Positions 26,401 to 32,261 of a stretch of 32,261 nucleotides of DNA are shown piece after piece. A program made the position numbers and the translations under genes. Source of the DNA: an uncultured Pseudomonadota bacterium (GTDB lineage: Bacteria > Bdellovibrionota_B > Oligoflexia > Oligoflexales > Bog-1112); assembly GCA_937896265.1 (NCBI GenBank), contig CALBMD010000224.1:1-32261 (forward strand), written 5' to 3'. Below the pieces are notes generated by a model, which was not told where the DNA came from, made no database searches, and saw only the letters and a program-made list of their open reading frames with translations. The number at the start of each line of letters is the position of its first letter. Positions within the stretch are counted from its first letter, which is position 1.

Positions 26401-26487
26401 GGGTCATTCGAATTCAATCCAAATGTACCTAAAGTGGATATCGAAGCTTTAGTTGCCATTTTCGCGGACAAGATCTTTTTAGGATAG
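23440..26487 (+). pseudogene. tnpA: Tn3-family transposase interrupted by one in-frame TAA
   Basis: The N-terminus MSSDSRRLQILTNGEIDDLYALPSFTDEDRLLYF is typical. An in-frame TAA at 26224-26226 is followed in the same frame by AEQQIWNECSRLIANSVIYYNT...SPVAWQHVNLFGSFEF, the conserved Tn3 TnpA C-terminus. Confidence 0.85.
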
Positions 26488-26516
26488 ATTTATGAAGAGT
26501 GCCGTTTGGACGGTGG

Positions 26517-26556
26517 GATGAATTGACCTTTTTGGCGCGTTGGGCATAAATAGCCA
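26517..26556. repeat. right terminal inverted repeat
   Basis: Exact reverse complement of 22616-22655. Confidence 0.9.
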
Positions 26557-26808
26557 ATTTCAGACAAATCTTTTTAACGCCAGATCGGATAAATAGCTTG
26601 GACAAGAAGGGTTTTAGCCAAGATGACGGTTTTTGTACGTAATCCTTACCGCTCCCCAAACCCTCATCTTTGCTGTTTCTAGAATTTAGATGCGTATGCC
26701 CTGCCTGCTAACCCCCCCCCACTTCGGATTTTACGCTGTCGCAACGTGTTGATTTTATTTGATATAATTTTTAGCAAAAACTGGGGTTTTTTGGTCATGT
26801 TTTCCCCC

Positions 26809-26862
26809 TTGACAAGTACGCTAAATAACGTACTATTTAAAAAGTACTTTAATTAACGTACT
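26809..26862 (+). promoter_or_regulatory. promoter and GTAC-dyad operator of the RelE/XRE toxin-antitoxin operon
   Basis: TTGACA (26809-26814), 16 nt, then TACTAT. The dyad AGTACG-N8-CGTACT (26815-26834) is followed by AGTACT and a second AACGTACT. An extended -10 TGATATAAT at 26760-26768 is a second candidate promoter. Confidence 0.5.
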
Positions 26863-26875
26863 AGGGGGCCGATGC

Positions 26876-27157
26876 ATGCTTTATGTGGTGAAGGTTTCGA
26901 AACAAGCAGAAAAGGAGCTTAGAAAACTTCCACGCCACATAATAGAAGCGCTTATGTTATGGGTCCATGATGTAGAAACTTCAGGGCTCGAAATTGTCCG
27001 AAAGATTCCGGGCTACCATGATGAGCCTCTAAAAGGGGATCGAAAAGGCCAAAGATCAATAAAACTCAATCGTTCCTATAGAGCGATATATGTTGTTAAT
27101 AGTGATGGCACTATTGATTTTGTTGAGGTTAAGGAAGTTAACAAGCACAAGTATTAA
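26876..27157 (+). CDS. RelE/ParE-superfamily toxin
   Basis: The 93-aa product reads KQAEKELRKLP...GYHDEPLKGDRKGQRSIKLNRSYRAIYVV...VNKHKY, the RelE-type signature. The RBS is AGGGGG. Confidence 0.85.
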   Translation: MLYVVKVSKQAEKELRKLPRHIIEALMLWVHDVETSGLEIVRKIPGYHDEPLKGDRKGQRSIKLNRSYRAIYVVNSDGTIDFVEVKEVNKHKY

Positions 27158-27171
27158 AGGGAGAAGCTGAC

Positions 27172-27486
27172 ATGAAAAAATCTGACGCTATGCAGCTGCT
27201 TGAAAATATAGCTGGTGAAGAGTTTACATTTGCAACGATGATGCGCGTTCTTCGCCAAAGAAAGGAAATGACCCAAGAACAGTTCGGTAAACTTTTAGGT
27301 GTCCAAAAAGCCTATATTTGCGATATTGAACGCGGTAGACGTAATATCACTATCGACCAGGCAATCAAGTTCGCAGCTAAATTGGAAGATGTGGTATCCA
27401 TGAAACAGTTCATAGAAATGGCTGTCAGCTATCAACTCAAGAAGAATGGGCTGGACTATGATGCTGTTTTGGTAGCGAACGGGTAG
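27172..27486 (+). CDS. XRE-family HTH antitoxin
   Basis: MTQEQFGKLLGVQKAYICDIERGRRNITIDQAIKFAAKL is a canonical XRE HTH. It lies 14 nt downstream of the toxin gene. Confidence 0.8.
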   Translation: MKKSDAMQLLENIAGEEFTFATMMRVLRQRKEMTQEQFGKLLGVQKAYICDIERGRRNITIDQAIKFAAKLEDVVSMKQFIEMAVSYQLKKNGLDYDAVLVANG

Positions 27487-27700
27487 CCTACAAGAGTTAA
27501 TACATAGAGCGATTAAGACTTCGACAGATCAATTTTTTGTAGAAGTGTCAGGTTAAAGTCTAAAACCTTCGAGAAAACGTAAGATACCCCTTACATAAAG
27601 CTTTTAGCTACGTTGTATAGAGTAAACATTAGCTTTAGAACCGCGTTCTTTCTTAATAAGACCTTTGGATACTAGGAGAGGAGGTTATAATATGTAAAAA

Positions 27701-27973
27701 CTACCCTAGGGTTTTCATTGCAATTTTCTCTATTATCCTGGATCGAGAAAGTCTATGTTTACCAGCCGCCTGTTCAATAAGTTCAATTACATTTGGATCT
27801 AATGTAAAGGTCATTGCTACACGTCGCGGCCTTTTTTCGGCCTCTTGAAACCAATCAGAAGTATCCAGTTCATCTTTACTTATAGGCGAGCTACTCACTT
27901 GGGCATCTGGTGGATCAACAAAATCGTCAAACACCTCAACTCTTGTCGGTACAGGTTTCTTTTGCTTTGACAT
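27701..27973 (-). CDS. ribbon-helix-helix centromere-binding protein (ParG-like)
   Basis: The 90-aa protein lies directly downstream of parA (parA stop 27974, its own start 27973). It has an acidic, disordered N-terminus and a C-terminal RHH (VAMTFTLDPNVIELIEQAAGKHRLSRSRIIEKIA). Confidence 0.7.
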   Translation of the reverse strand: MSKQKKPVPTRVEVFDDFVDPPDAQVSSSPISKDELDTSDWFQEAEKRPRRVAMTFTLDPNVIELIEQAAGKHRLSRSRIIEKIAMKTLG

Positions 27974-28747
27974 TTATATATTCTCCATAATGTGAGTAGC
28001 AAATCTCATGTAGGTCTTAGCAACGATCGAAGATGGGAAAGCTTCTCCAAGCGCTTGGTTCTGTCGCTGAGCTTCGAGAACTTTCACAGAGTGTGGAATA
28101 ATCCAATCTCTTAAAAACAATTCTTCCTTCTTCATATTATTTAAGGCTTCTTTAACAACCTTGGCATTTGCCTTTTCATACCCTGTAAGCAAGACACCTA
28201 TCTCTTTCAGAGAGTTGTTCGCCCTTTCTTTAACTCGATCAGCGAATATACGGGCATTGCTAACACCTATTTCCGAATACTCCGACAGGTCCGTCACAAG
28301 CAGGTAGTGCGTCGAAGCAATCAATGCGTTGCGGGTTTCTATACCCAGTACAGGGGGAGTGTCTATCACGATAAAATCAAAGAAACCACCCGTCCTATCC
28401 ACTGCTCTTTTAAGAATGCGGTCCCTATCTATTGAGGCCGATAGTTCCTGTTCTAAGGTTGTTAACCGTCGATCCGCTGGCACCAATATTAAATTACCCC
28501 AATTTCCGCTTGGCTTGACCACGACTTTTTTAACAGGTATGTCGCCTTCGCTCTTAAAAAGATCGTAAGAGCTACTCTTGTGGTCTGCCCGGCCGGTTAG
28601 GTGGATTGTTGAACTAGCCTGCTTGTCTATATCAATCAGAAGAACCTTGTAGTTCTTCGCAAGATAGTAAGCCAACTGAATAACACTCGTAGTTTTACCA
28701 CAGCCACCCTTTTCATTTAGTACAGTTATCACCCGCGTATTTGGCAT
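27974..28747 (-). CDS. parA: ParA partition ATPase (small, type Ib-like)
   Basis: It has the deviant Walker A NEKGGCGKTT and Walker B FIVIDTPP. At 257 aa it lacks an N-terminal HTH. Confidence 0.92.
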   Translation of the reverse strand: MPNTRVITVLNEKGGCGKTTSVIQLAYYLAKNYKVLLIDIDKQASSTIHLTGRADHKSSSYDLFKSEGDIPVKKVVVKPSGNWGNLILVPADRRLTTLEQELSASIDRDRILKRAVDRTGGFFDFIVIDTPPVLGIETRNALIASTHYLLVTDLSEYSEIGVSNARIFADRVKERANNSLKEIGVLLTGYEKANAKVVKEALNNMKKEELFLRDWIIPHSVKVLEAQRQNQALGEAFPSSIVAKTYMRFATHIMENI

Positions 28748-28968
28748 ACATACTCCTGATCGTCAAGCTACGCTTAATTGTACTCTGGAACCATTTATTT
28801 TTGCAATTAATCGCCGACAGGTTCAAAATATCATGCATTATGATATGATGATTGTATCATGTACATAACATGACACTTTACTTTATGGTACACAAGGACT
28901 TAAAATATAATCAATTTCCCATTTAACTTGAAGTTGCCAACAAATCATATATTTTGTGGAGCTAATAT
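28748..28968. promoter_or_regulatory. divergent promoter region / candidate partition site
   Basis: AT-rich gap between parA and the KfrA-like gene. It contains the dyad TATCAT-GCATT-ATGATA (28829-28845) and ATG(N)GTACA motifs at 28859 and 28885. Confidence 0.35.
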
Positions 28969-30327
28969 ATGCGTACTGGACCTGTAACGTACCAAGACGT
29001 ACGAGAGATATGCGATAAGATTAAGTGTACAAAAAAAAATATTACAACACGCAGGATACGAGAAGAACTACAACGCGGATCTTTAAGCACTATCAGCAAG
29101 CATTTAAAAGCTTGGCAAGCTACACGTACAAATGTGTACGAAATCAAAAAGATACACCGTGACACAGACGTTTTGAATGGCGATGTACGATCGTACACAA
29201 CCACCAAGAAACAACCACCTAGTCATACCAACATGACCGGCACCAATGTACACGATATAAAAGAAGCCAATCTTAGCGTACACACTAAACAACACCCTGT
29301 ACATCCACAAACTGGCGACCAAAAGGCCATGGCTGACATGGTACAAGAGGTTGGAAACCTGGCGGCGACATTTACGGAAGCTACAAAGCAATCTGAAGCC
29401 GTCCAAGCTAATCTTGCCGAAAAATCACAGGCTGCTGCCATTTCAGAAGTCAAAGCTGCGAACCAAAAGGCCCTTACCGACATGGCGGAGGAGATTAGAA
29501 ATCTAGTGGCAGCATTTACGGAAGCTACAGAGCAATCTGACGCTGACCAAGCTAATCAGGGCAAAAAGATACAGGCCGCTATATCCGAAGTTAAATCGGA
29601 TGTACAAGAATCTATATGTACACTAGCGAACGAGGTTGCAAAGCTAGCAACACTCAAGGCTCCTGATGAACAAACCGCCAGTAAGAAGGTAGATATCGCT
29701 CCCGAACACTTTGCTTGGCAGGATTTCTCGCTTCTTATCACAAGCCCCTCAGCCTTTTTTCTCTCCGTCGCCGTCTTAGCCATAACTGGCCTTCTAGTGT
29801 TTTTCCAAACCTCCGCCTATATTACGGGCGGCCTTGGCAGTGCCTCACTACCCATCGCCGCCGTTTGCGAGCTTAGCTTAGTTGCTCTTACTATCTTTTT
29901 TTCAGCCAAAATGCAGAAAAAAACCGCCGCCTTCTTGTTTCTTGCTGTATTCGGCTATGTCTTAGCCACCATGAGCTATGATCTTGCCTCAACATCGATC
30001 CAAGAGGTCACGACAGCGACTACAAATAATAAGCAGACTGCCTCAATTGAAACCCAGATAGAAACCTATATCGAAGCGTTTCAAACCGCGACAAAAAAGC
30101 AGGAAAATGGCAATATGGCTAAATGGTCCTCGAAAATAGATGATGCCAAAAAAGAACTTACCAACTTGCAGACAACGGCAAAAAGCAGCGATACGGCACG
30201 ACTAATTGAAGCAAAATGCTCGGGGATGATCGTACTTAGAGCGTTGCTCATGTTGCTCAACGCTTTCTTTGTACATGCACTCATCGGGATTTTTAAGAGA
30301 AACAACGAACAAGTCATTGCAATATAG
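28969..30327 (+). CDS. KfrA-N-like DNA-binding protein with repeat-containing helical middle region and C-terminal transmembrane segments
   Basis: The N-terminus VTYQDVREICDKI...TTRRIREELQRGSLSTISKHLKAW fits the KfrA_N pattern. The middle holds two ~47-aa repeats. The C-terminus has four hydrophobic helices (e.g. AFFLSVAVLAITGLLVFF, LPIAAVCELSLVALTIFF, AAFLFLAVFGYVLATM, VLRALLMLLNAFFVHALIGIF). Confidence 0.7.
   Translation: MRTGPVTYQDVREICDKIKCTKKNITTRRIREELQRGSLSTISKHLKAWQATRTNVYEIKKIHRDTDVLNGDVRSYTTTKKQPPSHTNMTGTNVHDIKEANLSVHTKQHPVHPQTGDQKAMADMVQEVGNLAATFTEATKQSEAVQANLAEKSQAAAISEVKAANQKALTDMAEEIRNLVAAFTEATEQSDADQANQGKKIQAAISEVKSDVQESICTLANEVAKLATLKAPDEQTASKKVDIAPEHFAWQDFSLLITSPSAFFLSVAVLAITGLLVFFQTSAYITGGLGSASLPIAAVCELSLVALTIFFSAKMQKKTAAFLFLAVFGYVLATMSYDLASTSIQEVTTATTNNKQTASIETQIETYIEAFQTATKKQENGNMAKWSSKIDDAKKELTNLQTTAKSSDTARLIEAKCSGMIVLRALLMLLNAFFVHALIGIFKRNNEQVIAI
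29325..29600 (+). repeat. tandem duplication of ~141-144 bp (two copies) inside the KfrA-like ORF
   Basis: CATTTACGGAAGCTACA recurs at 29369 and 29513. The protein repeats are KAMADMVQEVGNLAATFTEATKQSEAVQANL... and KALTDMAEEIRNLVAAFTEATEQSDADQANQ... Confidence 0.7.
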
Positions 30328-30358
30328 TCTAAACTACTCAACTTGGGGGGGGATTTTG

Positions 30359-32110
30359 ATGACGACTTTAGGTGCAGTAAACCTTGCAGAGAAGATTTTA
30401 ACGCGTACCAAAGAGAAAGAAATTAGGTACCATGAAGCCAACCCTACAAAACCACCAATTGAATACAAACCTTTTCCCACTGTCGAAACAGCAGAACTGC
30501 CTGAAGGCAACCATCAATTACAAGCAATAGAGCCATGTGCCGCCTGTACAGATAAGTTTTTGATGGCAGAAGGACAGGAAGGCACCATCATTGCAACGAC
30601 CTGTACTGTCTGCGTACCATTTAACAGCAACTCATGGGCGGTTGATGCAAAAATTCATGCAATAGGAGCCGCAGAAGTACCTAATAGGTATTTCAAAGCT
30701 CTGACTAGAGAAAACATTCGCCCTGAAATCTTAGAGGTAGCTGAGTCACTAATTTCTCAACAAAACAAAAACCCATTCCTTTTTTTCCACGGCGGTATCG
30801 GAACTGGTAAAACCCATTCTGCAGCACATATAATGCTAAACTATCTACAAAAGACGAATCTCTCTTGTTTTTATATCCCAGTATATGAATATCTAGAATT
30901 GAATCGTAACCGTAGCGCGTACGGTTTTGAGCACGGAAAACTAAGATCAAATACACAACATGCTTTTAAGCATGTAAGAGATCGATCAAAAAATGTTGAT
31001 TTACTGATACTCGATGAACTTGGGCAAGAAGTTCTTACCACAGATCAGCAAAAATCAGTGTTTGATTTGTTAGACTCAAGATATAGGTCAAACAAGCCAA
31101 CAATCTTGATCTCTAATCATTGTGAAAACAAGGCGATTAGTTTAGATGGTAAGATTCTATCTGAGCTCATTGGATCAAGGATTGCATCGAGAATTAAGTC
31201 CGCAAAGCTTGTGTACTTTAGCGGCGAAGATTATAGAGTAACAAAAGAACATAGCGAAGTTATTACTGAAGAAGAGGCTGAGAAATTTAAAATGAATGAG
31301 AAGATACTTACGCATAGCGATGACGAACACCAGATTATGACTTGGGTCACCAGAATATCTGCTTTTAAAACGGTTTCCACCCAAGAAAGGAAAGATCTAA
31401 CTTATATCTATAATGGAGAGGAGAGAGATTCTGATCGACGCGAGCCTTCTATTTATGAAGATATTTGGGTAAAGGGTGACAGCTTAATAATTCACGGCCC
31501 AATTTGTGACCAAGAAGATGAAAAGCTCTACTGTTGGTTGGTCAAGGAGCTAACAAATCAACATACTAAAGGACACCTAGGGCTAACGATAAATCTTAGT
31601 TTTCGCTATATTCTTCAAGGTCTTGGCTTATCAAGCAGCAGCGGCGAAAACATCAAAAGAGTACGTAGGCAACTTGATCGATTAAACAGGATGTCTCTTT
31701 CTTTTTCCAATGCAAAAGGACACAAATGGTCTGGCCCCTTAATAACAGATCTTGAGCAATTTGGTCAAAGCTCAGACCAAAAATTGAAAATAAGCTTTAG
31801 TCGATGCATGATCCCCTTTTACAGACTTAATGCCTACACAACGTTTGATAGAATAACAGCTAGAAAACTAAAAGGCGATAGTGCAACATTGTACTTTTTT
31901 TATATATCTCACTCAGAATCTAGACCTATTACATTAAATCACTTCAAAGGACTTTTAGCCCTTAGCGACGAAATAGATCATAAAGAAACGATGAGACGTG
32001 CCAAAAAAATGTTAGATAATTTGATAAAAGCAAGCGTACTAGACCCAAAAGAATCTTTTATTAAAGGTGGTAAAATCTTTACTCAATTACTATGCCCCAT
32101 GCCTCAATAA
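30359..32110 (+). CDS. DnaC/IstB-like AAA+ ATPase fused to a RepA/TrfA-like initiator domain
   Basis: Motifs are CAAC...CTVC near the N-terminus, Walker A FFHGGIGTGKTH, Walker B LLILDELGQE and ILISNH. The C-terminal ~270 aa (SSSGENIKRVRRQLDRLNRMSLSF...ATLYFFYISH...) resemble plasmid RepA/TrfA initiators. ATG 30359 lies 6 nt after a G8 tract, and the ORF is open from 30269. Confidence 0.7.
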   Translation: MTTLGAVNLAEKILTRTKEKEIRYHEANPTKPPIEYKPFPTVETAELPEGNHQLQAIEPCAACTDKFLMAEGQEGTIIATTCTVCVPFNSNSWAVDAKIHAIGAAEVPNRYFKALTRENIRPEILEVAESLISQQNKNPFLFFHGGIGTGKTHSAAHIMLNYLQKTNLSCFYIPVYEYLELNRNRSAYGFEHGKLRSNTQHAFKHVRDRSKNVDLLILDELGQEVLTTDQQKSVFDLLDSRYRSNKPTILISNHCENKAISLDGKILSELIGSRIASRIKSAKLVYFSGEDYRVTKEHSEVITEEEAEKFKMNEKILTHSDDEHQIMTWVTRISAFKTVSTQERKDLTYIYNGEERDSDRREPSIYEDIWVKGDSLIIHGPICDQEDEKLYCWLVKELTNQHTKGHLGLTINLSFRYILQGLGLSSSSGENIKRVRRQLDRLNRMSLSFSNAKGHKWSGPLITDLEQFGQSSDQKLKISFSRCMIPFYRLNAYTTFDRITARKLKGDSATLYFFYISHSESRPITLNHFKGLLALSDEIDHKETMRRAKKMLDNLIKASVLDPKESFIKGGKIFTQLLCPMPQ

Positions 32111-32212
32111 ACAGGTTTTGTTTTCCCCTCTCCCAACAGCAACAAAGGTATGACCCGATGACATGGTGAACACTTTTGTCCGACGACATGGTTTACACTC
32201 CCTCCTTGAGGA

Positions 32213-32250
32213 GGGGTCTTATGCCGTGGACCGAAAGGACGAAGATGAAA
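32213..32250 (+). repeat. candidate Tn3-family terminal repeat at the window edge
   Basis: GGGGTCTTATGCCGTGGACCGAAAGGACGAAGATGAAA starts with the canonical GGGG. It shares TTATGCC at the same offset (positions 7-13) with the 22617 repeat. No partner copy is seen in the window. Confidence 0.25.
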
Positions 32251-32261
32251 GAAAGGGTATT

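Larger units (their letters stand above)
22616..26556. mobile_element. Tn3-family transposon (tnpR, res-like region, tnpA) bounded by perfect 40-bp inverted repeats
   Basis: I verified base by base that 22616-22655 is the exact reverse complement of 26517-26556. The repeats enclose a divergent serine resolvase gene and a ~1000-aa Tn3-type transposase gene. Confidence 0.85.

Noticed and set aside
22616-26556. The serine recombinase next to a tail fibre gene, plus the inverted repeats, suggested a Mu G-segment / Gin-type invertible host-range switch.
   Set aside because: The segment contains a full-length Tn3-type transposase, divergent from the recombinase, with a res-like spacer. It holds no alternative fibre C-termini or chaperones. 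The repeats are 40-bp terminal IRs enclosing the recombinase itself, which is unlike gix/hix sites.
26620-26657. An alternative canonical right IR ending in CCCC (reverse complement GGGGAGCGGTAAGGATTACGTACAAAAACC...).
   Set aside because: I found no matching inverted copy left of tnpR. The perfect 40-bp pair at 22616/26517 explains the element boundaries better.
27674-27697. A strong Shine-Dalgarno sequence (AGGAGAGGAGG) is followed by ATG-TAA (27692-27697), forming a start-stop mini-ORF at the 3' end of the convergent parG-like gene.
   Set aside because: It is a single occurrence with no conservation information, so I cannot support a function from sequence alone.
1-32261. I searched by eye for CRISPR arrays, rRNA or tRNA genes, integrase/att sites and classical multi-gene defence islands.
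   Set aside because: I saw no regularly spaced repeats of 25-40 bp, no rRNA- or tRNA-like sequences and no tyrosine recombinase motifs. The only defence-like content is the three toxin-antitoxin pairs and the orphan methyltransferase.

Overview
The window looks like a temperate phage-plasmid, or a prophage carried on a plasmid, with moderately low GC by eye. A long + strand morphogenesis block runs from 5871 to 22454. It starts with lambda-type packaging and head genes: small terminase, GpA-type large terminase, gpW, lambda-type portal, a protease-scaffold-capsid fusion and a DUF2190 protein. It continues with a tail module in Mu gene order: sheath, tube, a chaperone with a -1 frameshift, tape measure, gp43-gp48 homologues and a short collagen-like fibre. 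Upstream lie an SLT lysozyme, a DNA methyltransferase and a gpZ-like gene. Two toxin-antitoxin cassettes (BrnTA at 3409-3943, HigBA-2-like at 8329-8995) sit antisense in this block. A conserved 36-bp promoter-like element occurs three times at the heads of + strand operons. A candidate cos region precedes the small terminase gene. Downstream of the fibre is a 3.9-kb Tn3-family transposon (22616-26556) with perfect 40-bp inverted repeats, tnpR, and a tnpA interrupted by one in-frame TAA. After it come a RelE/XRE toxin-antitoxin pair, a ParA/RHH partition pair, a KfrA-like membrane-anchored DNA-binding protein whose 5' region is packed with GTAC-core palindromes, and a DnaC-like AAA+ / RepA-like fusion protein. 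I saw no rRNA, tRNA, CRISPR array, integrase or Mu-type transposase. All protein family calls come from reading motifs by eye and need HMM or BLAST confirmation.
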